Below are positions 19,257-28,637 of a stretch of 64,000 bases of DNA, piece after piece. The notes under the pieces were generated by a model, which was not told where the DNA came from, did no database searches, and saw nothing but the letters and a program-made list of their open reading frames with translations. Made by a program: the position numbers and the translations under genes. This DNA comes from Chroococcidiopsidaceae cyanobacterium (GTDB taxonomy: Bacteria; Cyanobacteriota; Cyanobacteriia; Cyanobacteriales; Chroococcidiopsidaceae): assembly GCA_041748755.1 (NCBI GenBank), contig JBGTCQ010000208.1, forward strand, positions 4,318 through 68,317. Reading direction: 5' to 3'. The number at the start of each line of letters is the position of its first letter. Position 1 is the first letter of the stretch.

Positions 19257-19922
19257 TTAATAATCTCTTGCCAGCTGTTCCATCAAATTTCTTGCCCGTT
19301 GGGCGATCGCGTCCCAATTTCCAGCTGCTACTAACTGCTGCGGAAATAAGTCACCTGAAAGCCCGACTGCGATCGCCCCAGCTGCAATAAATTTCTTGGC
19401 ATTTTCCAAAGTTACACCGCCAGTAGGAATCAACGGAATATGCCCTAGTGGTCCTTGGAGACTTTTGATATAGCTAACTCCTCCCATCGCTTGCACAGGG
19501 AACACCTTGACACAACTGGCTCCTGTAGTCCATGCCGTCACAATTTCTGTGGGGGAGAGCGCCCCTGGGATGATTGGCACACCCTTTTGGACTGCGGCTT
19601 GAATCATTACTGGATCGACGTGGGGGGTAAAGAGGAATTGGGCACCAGCGGCGATCGCTTGTTCCATTTGAAAGAGCGTTAACAGCGTCCCCGTGCCAAC
19701 GGTACAAGCAGGTAATTCCACACGTAGTTGGCTAATCAGTTCAGCGGCGCGATCGCTGTTCCAGGTAATTTCGATTAGCTGCATTCCCCCAGAGGCAACC
19801 GCTTTTGCCATGTGGTGGGCTTGTTCCATTTTGGCAGCACGGATAACTGCGATTACTTTGCCGACGCTTGAAGCATGCGCGTTGCTTCCCTGCAACAGCG
19901 TTAACCAACACTGATCAGACAT
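19257..19922 (-). CDS. eda: KDPG/KHG aldolase
   Basis: 221 aa with IEITW, Schiff-base lysine context CVKVFP, and IPTGGV. Confidence 0.85.
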   Translation of the reverse strand: MSDQCWLTLLQGSNAHASSVGKVIAVIRAAKMEQAHHMAKAVASGGMQLIEITWNSDRAAELISQLRVELPACTVGTGTLLTLFQMEQAIAAGAQFLFTPHVDPVMIQAAVQKGVPIIPGALSPTEIVTAWTTGASCVKVFPVQAMGGVSYIKSLQGPLGHIPLIPTGGVTLENAKKFIAAGAIAVGLSGDLFPQQLVAAGNWDAIAQRARNLMEQLARDY

Positions 19923-20068
19923 TCTCTCTTAATGCTAAGCAAATCTGTCTTGAAAAGCTCATATTCGAGTCTTAAAACTGAGGTAATTCAGTCGGCAGAA
20001 GGATGGATTTAAGCAGATATATTCCTAGTCTAGATATGAAATACGTAAATAAGCAGGAAAATAGTAAT

Positions 20069-20938
20069 ATGCCGCTTCATAAACTCGAAGACTTTGATCC
20101 AACATACCAGGAAACGTTTGGTGGGGATGATGTTAAGGGTCTAAGTTTATATACCCAAGGCGGAGAAAAGATTGGCTCAGTAGATGATGCTTTAGTTGAT
20201 CCTGAAGGCCGTTTTCGCTATTTGGTAATTGATACAGGCATCGGTGGTATGAGTAAGAAGATATTGCTACCCATTGGGCTTTCCTACATTGATTACAATG
20301 CACGGCGTGTCACAGTTGACGGTCTCAGCAAAACGCAAGTTGAACATCTACCTGAGTACAACGACCGAATGACGGTTGACTACGATTACGAAGAGCAAGT
20401 GCGGGGTGTCTATCGCCCCATGACTTCTACAGCAGGTATGTCTGCTCAGACTAGCACGGCTAGTTATAACCGTGATACCTATAACTATCAGCAAGACGCG
20501 GCTTTATATGATTTGGATGAGCAGAAGCATCAAAACATTAAACTTTATGAAGAGCGGTTAATTGCAAATAAAAGCCGTGTCAAGACAGGGGAAGTAGCAG
20601 TTGGTAAACATATTGAAACCGAAACGGCACGGGTTTCAGTTCCAATTGAAAAAGAGCGAGTAGTGATTGAGCGAATAACTTCCACAGATACTGGTACTGT
20701 AGTTTCTCCTGGAGAAGCTAACTTTCAAGAAGGAGAAGTTGCCCGGATAGAAGTATACGAAGAAACGCCTGACATTCACAAAGAAGCCTTCGTGCGTGAA
20801 GAAGTCCGAGTTAGGAAGGTAGTGGAACAGGATACAGTTGAGGCTCAAGAAACAATTCGTCGTGAAGAGTTAGACGTTAATACTGATGGAAATCCGGTTG
20901 TAAATGACGTAAATCCAGGATTGAATGAGCGTATTTAA
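20069..20938 (+). CDS. AvaK-like stress protein, paralogue 1 (N-terminal PRC-barrel plus duplicated DUF2382/YsnF)
   Basis: MPLHKLEDFDPTYQETF..., RFRYLVIDTG, LYEERLIANKSRVKTGEVAVGKHIETE, IHKEAFVREEVRVRK. I use the internal ATG at 20069. Confidence 0.8.
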   Translation: MPLHKLEDFDPTYQETFGGDDVKGLSLYTQGGEKIGSVDDALVDPEGRFRYLVIDTGIGGMSKKILLPIGLSYIDYNARRVTVDGLSKTQVEHLPEYNDRMTVDYDYEEQVRGVYRPMTSTAGMSAQTSTASYNRDTYNYQQDAALYDLDEQKHQNIKLYEERLIANKSRVKTGEVAVGKHIETETARVSVPIEKERVVIERITSTDTGTVVSPGEANFQEGEVARIEVYEETPDIHKEAFVREEVRVRKVVEQDTVEAQETIRREELDVNTDGNPVVNDVNPGLNERI

Positions 20939-21194
20939 GTAGTTTTTCATACGTGGTGGAGTTGATTAATTGATACATGTAGGGGTTATTTTGTGAATTG
21001 CCCCTACTCAAAATATATAAAAATAAAGCTTTGATGTAACTAAAAAATAATACATATTTGTATTCGTAAAATGCTTAACTAATATCTAACTACGATAAAA
21101 AATTAAATAAGCTCAACTTACTTACAAAACTATGGCATCAAAATGATAAATTAATATAAACCTTGAGTGCTGTAAATAAATTAGGAAACGTTAC

Positions 21195-22106
21195 ATGGCT
21201 CTTTACGAAATCGAAGAATTTTATCCAAATTATCAAGAAGAACTGTTTGATGGGGATGATATCAAGGGACTTGATGTCTATGCTGGCAGAACAGGTGATA
21301 AGATCGGCTCTATTGAAACTGCATTAGTTGATGAGGAAGGCCGTTTCCGATATTTTGTGATTGACACCGGCTTTTGGATTTTTGGAAAAAAAGTATTGCT
21401 ACCAGTCGGTTACTGTCAAATTGACGATCAAGCACGACGTATTTATGCCACAGGCATTTTGAACAAAAAGCAAGTAGAAGATTTACCTGAGTACCACGAA
21501 AATACAAAGGTTAATCATAACTATGAAGAGCGGGTGAGCAAGATTTACCGCAATCCATCTGCTAGCACTGCGGTACCACTGGAGGCATCAGCACCCCTAG
21601 AAGCAGCTTATTTGGTCCCCCAAGCACAGGCTAGCAATACTATTTCTGAGCGCGATACCTACAACTATCAGCAAGACCCCTCCGTCTATAACTTAAATGC
21701 TCGTGACCATCAAACCCTTAACCTGTACGAAGAACGGTTAGTTGCCAACAAAAAACGTCGTCAGACAGGAGAAGTAGTGGTTGGTAAGCACATTAAAACT
21801 GAAACAGCACGGGTTTCGTTGCCGCTGGAAAAGGAGCGAGTGATTATTGAGCGCACTACTCCAACAGGTTCTGAAACAATACCTTCTTCTAGCAATATTG
21901 ACTTTCATGAAGGGGAAATTGCCCGGATGAAAGTATACGAAGAGACGGCTGATATTCATAAGGAAGCTTTTGTGCGTGAGGAAGTCAAAATTAGGAAAGA
22001 AGTAGAGCGAGATACAGTTGAAGCTGAAGAAATACTGCGCCGTGAAGAGTTAGATGTTGATACTGACGGTCGTCGGGTTGAAGATAGAAGATTTAATCAG
22101 CAGTGA
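21195..22106 (+). CDS. AvaK-like stress protein, paralogue 2
   Basis: Collinear with paralogue 1 (RFRYFVIDTGFWIFGKKVLLPVG, LYEERLVANKKRRQTGEVVVGKH). Confidence 0.85.
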   Translation: MALYEIEEFYPNYQEELFDGDDIKGLDVYAGRTGDKIGSIETALVDEEGRFRYFVIDTGFWIFGKKVLLPVGYCQIDDQARRIYATGILNKKQVEDLPEYHENTKVNHNYEERVSKIYRNPSASTAVPLEASAPLEAAYLVPQAQASNTISERDTYNYQQDPSVYNLNARDHQTLNLYEERLVANKKRRQTGEVVVGKHIKTETARVSLPLEKERVIIERTTPTGSETIPSSSNIDFHEGEIARMKVYEETADIHKEAFVREEVKIRKEVERDTVEAEEILRREELDVDTDGRRVEDRRFNQQ

Positions 22107-22195
22107 AAAGTTGTGTTTCAAACTTGTCTAACCTAAGGTTGATTTAGTTAATCTTCCTTATGAGGAATATCTAAGTTTTCAAATCAACCAATATG

Positions 22196-22230
22196 AGCAG
22201 GGCTTATATAAAGTCCTGCTTTTGGTTTTT
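22196..22230 (+). terminator. Rho-independent terminator after paralogue 2
   Basis: Stem AGCAGGGCTT / AAGTCCTGCT (one G-U pair), loop ATATA, then TTTGGTTTTT. Confidence 0.75.
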
Positions 22231-22434
22231 ATTATGTTCTAATTAAGAATCAGAGGTATCTGTAAGAAATAGGCGATCGCCAAGCGATTTTATTGGTAAA
22301 AAGTAAAATTAATGTGACACTTTTAAGCACTCAAACTAAGTTAAGTTCAGTCGCTAGGAAGAGGAAGCTGAATCATTTTTTTTTTAGCATTGTATGTGAT
22401 GAGATGCGAAATTTACTTTACGAGGATTAAAAAA

Positions 22435-23400
22435 ATGGCCCTACTAAAACTTGAAGATTTTGACCCAAATTACCGTGAGACTTTTGATGGCGGTGATATT
22501 AAAGGTCTTAGTGTCTATGCAGAAGGAGATGAGAAGATTGGTACAGTTCATGATGTCCTCGTAGATGAGCAAGGTAATTTCCGTTATTTTGTCGTTGACT
22601 TAGGCTTTTGGATCTTTGGCAAAAAAGTCTTACTACCTGTTGGCCGTACTCGGATTGACTATGGTGCTGAACGCGTCTACGCCGTTGGCATGACTAGAGA
22701 GCAAGCGGAAAGATTACCTGAGTTTAGCGATCTCCATAAAATTGATTACGACTACGAAGAGGAGGTAAGAGGTGTATATCGCACTCCTACTACTGGCACT
22801 TCAGTTAGCTCAATGACAGATACCTCCTTGGAAGCATCAGTACCACTAGAAGCATCAGCTCCCTTGGATGCAACATCTATGGCTGGTATGAGCGCTATGG
22901 CAGCTATGCCCACCACTCCCACCTATACCCGTGATACTTATAATTACGAGCAAGATGCATCTCTGTATCAGATGAATGAACAGGATCATCAAAACCTGAA
23001 GTTGTACCAAGAACGCCTGGTTGCAAGCAAACAAAGGGTCAAATCAGGTGAAGTAGCGATCGGCAAGCACGTTGAAACTGAAACAGCACGGATGTCAGTT
23101 CCCGTCGAGAAAGAGCGAGTTGTGATTGAGCGCGTTACACCAACAGATGCGGGAAGAGCAGTTGCTCCTGGGGAAGCTGCATTCGGCGGCGGCGAAGTTG
23201 CCCGCGTAGAAATCTACGAAGAGCAGGCCAACATTCAAAAAGAAGCCTTTGTGCGCGAGGAAGTCAGAGTTACAAAAGAAGTAGAGCAGAGTACGGTTGA
23301 AGCACAAGAAACGATTCGTCGAGAAGAGTTAGACATTGATGCTGGCGGTACTTCGGTTACAGACACCTCTAAGAAGAAATTGCCCAAAGACCGCATTTAA
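22435..23400 (+). CDS. AvaK-like stress protein, paralogue 3
   Basis: MALLKLEDFDPNYRETF...; ATG at 22435 preceded by GAGGA. Same architecture as paralogues 1 and 2. Confidence 0.85.
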   Translation: MALLKLEDFDPNYRETFDGGDIKGLSVYAEGDEKIGTVHDVLVDEQGNFRYFVVDLGFWIFGKKVLLPVGRTRIDYGAERVYAVGMTREQAERLPEFSDLHKIDYDYEEEVRGVYRTPTTGTSVSSMTDTSLEASVPLEASAPLDATSMAGMSAMAAMPTTPTYTRDTYNYEQDASLYQMNEQDHQNLKLYQERLVASKQRVKSGEVAIGKHVETETARMSVPVEKERVVIERVTPTDAGRAVAPGEAAFGGGEVARVEIYEEQANIQKEAFVREEVRVTKEVEQSTVEAQETIRREELDIDAGGTSVTDTSKKKLPKDRI

Positions 23401-23471
23401 GTTCCTTTCCAAGTCACACGTTTGAGTCAGTTGACTAAGTAAGGGCAATCCATAGCTTGCTATTACAAATG

Positions 23472-23508
23472 GTACAGGTGGGGTAAATTTTAGACCCACC
23501 TGTACTTT
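23472..23508 (+). terminator. Rho-independent terminator after paralogue 3
   Basis: 11-bp perfect stem GTACAGGTGGG / CCCACCTGTAC (23472-23482 / 23495-23505) followed by TTTC. Confidence 0.8.
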
Positions 23509-23560
23509 CAAAAATATATTGCCTAGAGCCTTTTATAAAAATTATAAAACTTTGGGAAAA

Positions 23561-24820
23561 ATGATTGACGAAACGTCTCGCTACCAGCTCGAATCTATAA
23601 AAGAAAATGCTCGGATCAATAGCTCAATTGAAAAGCTAAGAATTAGACTGAGAAATTTTATTGTAATTAATAGGCAGGGACAGTTAATAGGCGAAGTGAA
23701 AGATTTAATTCTGGAGCCTAACCGTCAGATTAATTTTGTTGTGTCTCAAAATTATAGCGACCAAAGCCCCCGCCTGTTTTTATTGATTAGTAAGCTTGTC
23801 CAAAAAGTTGACCCTTCAAATCAATCGGTTATCGTAGATATCAACAGAGCGGAAATTGAACATTTCCCAGAATACGTAACAAAAGAGACACCAGATATGG
23901 AGACTTCAGATATTTTAGACAGTTCAAGGTCTGCACATAACGCAGTCAATAAAGATACATCGGAAGATAGCGATGTTAATTCTATAGCAACGCCTGCGGT
24001 AGACGCTGATATTTTCAGCCTAGACCTAGATGATACATCAACGTCTGACGTTGTATCAGTTAGTGTGCAGGAGCAGAACACAATGCAAGATAGTAATGTC
24101 TATCCTGCGGCAGACGTTGATATTTTCGACGATATTTTCAATATAGACCTAGATGATACATCAACGTCTGATATTGAATCAGCTAATGTGCAGGAGCAAG
24201 ACATAATGCCGGAGAGTGATGTTAATCCCATAGCAAACGCTGAGCTTTTTAGCTTAGACCTAGTAGATGCTACATTAACGTCTGACGTTGTATCAGCTAG
24301 TGTGCAAGAGCAATCAAATGAGAGGACGATAAAGCCTACTAACACGCCAGAGGTGTTGGAAGAAGAGATTATTCGGTTGCTAGGAGAGAGATTAATCGTT
24401 GATCGCGGCAGACGTAAAGTTGGTGAGGTTATCGTCCGCAAAGAAATTGAAACTCGGATGGTACAAGTTCCTGTTCGGCGTGAAAAGTTGATTGTTGAAC
24501 AAGTAAGTCCAGAACGCAAACAACTTGCAGAAATTGACTTGGGACTAGAAGAAATCTCGGCGATTGAACTGAGTGAAGCGGAAATTACTGGGACTAAGTG
24601 GACTGAAACTACCAATTCGGGCAATGAACTTACTGTTAGAGGCGAGTTTAATTCACCTAAAATAGCGAGTTTACTTTTAAACGCGATCGCTCTTGAGCGC
24701 CGTCAAGGATGTAAAAAGGTACGAGTAGAAATCGTTGTTGAAGATGCTGAGCGCCAGAAAACTTATCAGGAATGGGCTGATCGCTGTTCAAGTGGCAAAC
24801 CTACTGAATCTAACTTATGA
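23561..24820 (+). CDS. Divergent PRC-barrel/DUF2382 protein, paralogue 4, with an acidic repeat insertion
   Basis: The N-terminal region resembles a PRC barrel (FIVINRQGQLIGEVKDLIL). One DUF2382-like unit near the C-terminus (GERLIVDRGRRKVGEVIVRKEIETRMVQVPVRREKLIVEQV). Start is either the ATG at 23561 or the TTG at 23519. Confidence 0.7.
   Translation: MIDETSRYQLESIKENARINSSIEKLRIRLRNFIVINRQGQLIGEVKDLILEPNRQINFVVSQNYSDQSPRLFLLISKLVQKVDPSNQSVIVDINRAEIEHFPEYVTKETPDMETSDILDSSRSAHNAVNKDTSEDSDVNSIATPAVDADIFSLDLDDTSTSDVVSVSVQEQNTMQDSNVYPAADVDIFDDIFNIDLDDTSTSDIESANVQEQDIMPESDVNPIANAELFSLDLVDATLTSDVVSASVQEQSNERTIKPTNTPEVLEEEIIRLLGERLIVDRGRRKVGEVIVRKEIETRMVQVPVRREKLIVEQVSPERKQLAEIDLGLEEISAIELSEAEITGTKWTETTNSGNELTVRGEFNSPKIASLLLNAIALERRQGCKKVRVEIVVEDAERQKTYQEWADRCSSGKPTESNL
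23966..24319 (+). repeat. Three in-frame tandem repeats of about 123 bp (41 codons) inside paralogue 4
   Basis: Units at 23966-24088, 24089-24211 and 24212-about 24319. Each encodes D/ES(D/N)V...D(A/V)DIF..(L/I)DLDDTSTSD...VQEQ. Confidence 0.9.
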
Positions 24821-25004
24821 GCTGATAGAGAAGAAGTACGATGAGCGCTCAGTTTGGGGACAGTAAAGTAGAAAGTATTTTAGGGTTAGCGTAGGACTGA
24901 AAACGCGGCATAATAAGTCGCTGAACCGGAGGGGAGCATATGTTGTCAGTTGAGTTGCAAATCTCTGTCCGGTTAACTGTTCCAAAAGCACATCATGACG
25001 AATG

Positions 25005-25514
25005 CTAAGATGCGACTAGCTTATGATTGATTGGCTTCAATCCAAAAAGAAATCGCACTACATTGCTCCGTACCAACAAATCGTATAAAACTATCGTTGC
25101 CACCAGCGAGGCGGTACTGATAACAAAAAACTTCTCGCTGATGCCGATATTCCAGCGCACAACGTAGAATGCGATCGCTACAACAACAGTTTGGTGAAGA
25201 ATAATGAAAAGTCGCTTGAATCGCTCCATCACATACTCGCCTACTGTCCGAGACGAAAGCGCAAACCATGTGGCGGCTCCTGAGAGCAAGAAAAACAGCG
25301 GCATATGCCATTGATGTACAAATAAGATGAAGCCCTGCATCTCACTACTCGATGAGTCGTTCTTGATGTAGAACTCTCTTAAATCACCAGTATAAAAAAT
25401 TGCTGCTGAATGAAAATAAATTAGTAGTAATACCGCAAGTACTCTCAGCCAATCCAAGTCGTAGCGTCTTTCGGGCTTAGTTTTTGCTGCGGCTATAGGC
25501 TCGACTTGTTTCAT
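25005..25514 (-). CDS. Acyltransferase family 3 (OpgC/OafA-like) protein, apparently internally shortened
   Basis: N-terminus RRYDLDWLRVLAVLLLIYFH and HMPLFFLLSGA, C-terminus RFLFGLK. Only 169 aa, whereas this family is usually about 350-400 aa. Confidence 0.6.
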   Translation of the reverse strand: MKQVEPIAAAKTKPERRYDLDWLRVLAVLLLIYFHSAAIFYTGDLREFYIKNDSSSSEMQGFILFVHQWHMPLFFLLSGAATWFALSSRTVGEYVMERFKRLFIILHQTVVVAIAFYVVRWNIGISEKFFVISTASLVATIVLYDLLVRSNVVRFLFGLKPINHKLVAS

Positions 25515-26044
25515 AGGGGATTCCCTGATCCCTCGACCCTCTTAAGCTTGGCGCGATATTTAGGTTTCAATAGTCTTCCCCAAAGCTGATTGTAGGGATG
25601 AACAAGCAGGGTAGGATTGTCATTTATAAAGAATGGGCGTTCTTCATTAGCCCATTTGAACAAGCTGCCTTCAAGATTGGATACGCGAGAAAATCCTGCT
25701 TGTCCTAGCTGCTGAGCAACTCTGGCACTGCGGTAGCCCACCGAGCAGTATACAACAATGGGCGTATCCTTTGATGCCATCATCGGCTCAGGATGCTCAG
25801 GATCGATACGCTGTGCATTTTTGAGGTGGCTTACTGCATACTCTGCCTCAGCCCGAGCGTCAAGTATTACAGGCTGCGGCTTTGCAGGATCTTCTAGCCA
25901 GCAGGCAAACTCTTCGGTATTAATCCAGTGGACAGTGGGAAATTTGCGGGTAGTGAGATATTTGATGATTTTGAAGGCAAGCGATCGCGGCATCAAAAAC
26001 ACTAAAGTCCCTATCCAAAACAGCCTACTCACGGCACTAATCAT
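25511..26044 (-). CDS. Rhodanese-like sulfurtransferase domain protein with an N-terminal TM segment
   Basis: Active-site loop VVYCSVGYRSA. 4-nt overlap with the downstream acyltransferase gene. Confidence 0.85.
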   Translation of the reverse strand: MISAVSRLFWIGTLVFLMPRSLAFKIIKYLTTRKFPTVHWINTEEFACWLEDPAKPQPVILDARAEAEYAVSHLKNAQRIDPEHPEPMMASKDTPIVVYCSVGYRSARVAQQLGQAGFSRVSNLEGSLFKWANEERPFFINDNPTLLVHPYNQLWGRLLKPKYRAKLKRVEGSGNPL

Positions 26045-26154
26045 ACTGCTAAATCTGAGCGGTAATGTTGTAATCTAAAATTTTGTGCGCGATTGCGTTG
26101 AGAATCGTTTAAGCTAGCTGAAGACTCTCTGCAAAAGTTCGTTGAGGCAGTACT

Positions 26155-27030
26155 GTGCCGAATCGCAATTCCTGGGTATATTTGCTTGTTTTCTTCGGGA
26201 TATGGAGTGTGGCTCCGCCTGTGCTAGGACAGGCACTTGTGCCCCACACGTTGCAACTAAATTCAGCTCAGCTTGAACAGCAAGGGTTGAGTTTGGCGCA
26301 GGAAGCAGCTCAGTTGGCTCAATTTCAGCAATATGAACTGGCTTTGCCAAGAGCGCGGCTGGCAACTCAGTTGGCTCCCAAAAGTTACCAATCGTGGTTC
26401 CTTTTAGGAGGCTTGTATTTGCAAACGAGTAAGTTTGAGGAGGCGATCGCCTCGCTGCAAAAAGCGCGATCGCTAGACCCTAAAAATGCCTCAATTTTGT
26501 TTGCTTTGGGTTCGGCAAACTTTCAGCAGGAAAAGTACGACGCAGCGGTGCAAAGTTTGCAAGCTGGTTTAAAGTTAAAACCCAATGACCCAGAGGGGCT
26601 TTTTGATTTAGGTAATGCTTACTACAAGCTGGGTAAGTTGTCAGATGCGATTACTCAGTTCAATCAAGCAAGCACTGTTGATAAAAAATTCTGGCCTGCT
26701 ATTAACAATATTGGCTTAATTAAATACGAACAGGGTGATGTCACAGCAGCGCTGAAGCAATGGCAGGCAGCGCTAGCGATTGAGAAGCAGGCGGCAGAAC
26801 CCCAATTGGCAATGGCAGTCGCTCTATATACTAAAGGTAATCGCGAACAAGCTCTAGCAATGGGAGAAGCGGCTCTAAAAATAGATGGTCGCTACGGTGA
26901 TCTGGAGTTCCTTAAACAAAATCTTTGGGGCGATCGCCTGCTCACTGATACGAGAAAGTTTCTGGAAACACCACGCATTCAAGCTGCTTTACAAGAACGT
27001 CAACAACAACCAGTACAAATACCACAATAA
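26155..27030 (+). CDS. Secreted TPR-repeat protein
   Basis: Signal-like N-terminus followed by repeated TPR consensus (W..LG..Y...G.Y..A...). GTG start. Confidence 0.85.
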   Translation: MPNRNSWVYLLVFFGIWSVAPPVLGQALVPHTLQLNSAQLEQQGLSLAQEAAQLAQFQQYELALPRARLATQLAPKSYQSWFLLGGLYLQTSKFEEAIASLQKARSLDPKNASILFALGSANFQQEKYDAAVQSLQAGLKLKPNDPEGLFDLGNAYYKLGKLSDAITQFNQASTVDKKFWPAINNIGLIKYEQGDVTAALKQWQAALAIEKQAAEPQLAMAVALYTKGNREQALAMGEAALKIDGRYGDLEFLKQNLWGDRLLTDTRKFLETPRIQAALQERQQQPVQIPQ

Positions 27031-27093
27031 TATAGAGCAGGAGTGCAGGGGAGATAAATTTATAGCCTCTTGGCTTTCACCCCTTGCCTCTTA

Positions 27094-27699
27094 TTAAAAA
27101 GAGGAGCCTGGTTGCTTGAGAAACTCTGCTTCTTCTGGAGTTGTTTCTCGACCAAGAATTTTGTTGCGATGCGGAAAGCGTCCGAAACGGGAGATCACAT
27201 AATAGTGCCGAATGGCGTAGTCAAGAGTGGCGGCATTGTCTGAGTCATCACTTAGAGTTGCAAACAGCTTGACTGACTGGCGTTGATGCTCGATATTTTC
27301 ACTGTGTTCAAACGGCAAGTAGATAAACCAGCGCTGAACCATGAGGAGTTCTTGGTCGAAACTATTGGCAACAGCGTGCTGAGCCGCTGCCAATGCTTGC
27401 AGATCTGCCGCAAAAGCTTGAGCAGTACCGCGAAACATATTGCGGGGAAACTGATCCAGCAGGAGAATTAGTGCGAGTGAACTGCGGGGCGAGTTTTTCC
27501 AGTGGTGTAGAGAACCCGCTACAGCCTGTTGATAGTGAGTCGAGAAGCGGGTTCGCACTTCTTGGTCAACTTCCGGTTTTTTAGTAAACCAGAACGAGCG
27601 CTGCTTCCCATAATCTGCTGCATCAGGTCGACCAAACCAGAAGTCCAAAATTTCGTCCACTTGCGACATCAGTTTGAAAGATCTAGGGACTAGGGGCAA
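27094..27699 (-). CDS. DUF924 family protein
   Basis: ILDFWFG ... LILLLDQFPRNMFRG pattern. Confidence 0.8.
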   Translation of the reverse strand: MPLVPRSFKLMSQVDEILDFWFGRPDAADYGKQRSFWFTKKPEVDQEVRTRFSTHYQQAVAGSLHHWKNSPRSSLALILLLDQFPRNMFRGTAQAFAADLQALAAAQHAVANSFDQELLMVQRWFIYLPFEHSENIEHQRQSVKLFATLSDDSDNAATLDYAIRHYYVISRFGRFPHRNKILGRETTPEEAEFLKQPGSSF

Positions 27700-27781
27700 G
27701 CAAAAAATAGTTATGAGTTCTAAGTTTTGAAGTTTGAGTTAAAAACTGATTACTCTTCAATTCAAAACTCAAAACTATTCC

Positions 27782-28453
27782 CTAGCGCAGGGCAAGACTA
27801 GAGCGTAGGGTTAAATCTAAATCGGTGTCGGGGTCAACGACAACGACATCAGCTTTTTTGCGACCCAGAACCAGTCCACCGCCAGCACCAACTCCTGTAC
27901 CAATCAAGACCTCTCCGAGAGTGATCTTGCGATCGCCCGTGAGTCCTCCGAGTGCTGCTGCGGCGGCTGCACCAACTGCTGCACCTTTTAAAATATTACC
28001 CGTGCTGGCTCCTTGACTGACTTGAGTTGTGCTAATTACGTTGGAAGAGGCATTGATCGGTTGCCGCCTACCCTGATATGTCACCAATTCTCTGGCAACA
28101 AACTCAGAGCCTCCATCAGCGGGTTGCATTTGACCAACAACCAAACTTCCAGCTGGAATCAGGATACTGCCACTGCGGTTTACAATGTTGGCTGCCACTG
28201 TTAAGGTTACGGGCATCGTTTCTGTAGGAGTGATCACGATTTTCTCTGCCTGGTCGTACCGAACTGGAATTGAAGTACCACTTGGAATTGTGACCTGAGT
28301 TGTCGTCCTTGATGGGGGAGATTGGGGAAAAAGTTGAGCAGAAGCAGGAGCAGTAAACACAATTTGGGCAGTTGACCCAGTGGCGATCGCTAGTGCCATT
28401 AATGCAGATGTTCCAGCTTTCCAGGAATTGAAACTAGACATGAGATTCTCCAC
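27782..28453 (-). CDS. Secreted hypothetical protein with a Gly/Ala-rich (glycine-zipper-like) C-terminal part
   Basis: Signal peptide ending APASAQ. C-terminal GAAVGAAAAAALGGLTGD and GTGVGAGGGLVLG. Confidence 0.6.
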   Translation of the reverse strand: MENLMSSFNSWKAGTSALMALAIATGSTAQIVFTAPASAQLFPQSPPSRTTTQVTIPSGTSIPVRYDQAEKIVITPTETMPVTLTVAANIVNRSGSILIPAGSLVVGQMQPADGGSEFVARELVTYQGRRQPINASSNVISTTQVSQGASTGNILKGAAVGAAAAAALGGLTGDRKITLGEVLIGTGVGAGGGLVLGRKKADVVVVDPDTDLDLTLRSSLALR

Positions 28454-28637
28454 GATATAAGTATGTCAAAAGAATTATGTAAGCTACCTGCTGGTGTTGC
28501 AACAAATAGCGCTGTTTAGTATTCTTCACTCTCCACTTAACAGGTACAGTAACAAAGTGAAATAGTATTACTTATGGAGACAATAGATACAAAAAAAGGT
28601 TCCTACATCTAAATTCAATCCAAATAAAACCTGACAA

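Noticed and set aside
20003-20068. Upstream extensions of several ORF-track entries (20003, 22390, 46047, 49531, 43639, 57353)
   Set aside because: In each case an internal ATG with a Shine-Dalgarno-like purine tract coincides with the start of homology to paralogues or family N-termini. The extensions add non-conserved residues or overlap neighbouring genes.
23966-24319. Tandem 123-bp repeats as a possible CRISPR or minisatellite locus
   Set aside because: The units abut without spacers, stay in frame with the surrounding ORF and encode a coherent acidic peptide repeat. They are therefore a coding repeat, not a CRISPR array.
24100-24624. 174-aa minus-strand ORF (and 23821-24081) antisense to AvaK-like paralogue 4
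   Set aside because: It is an open antisense frame created by the acidic tandem repeats. The product is Ser/Thr-rich and low complexity, and it is fully contained in a gene with recognisable domains.
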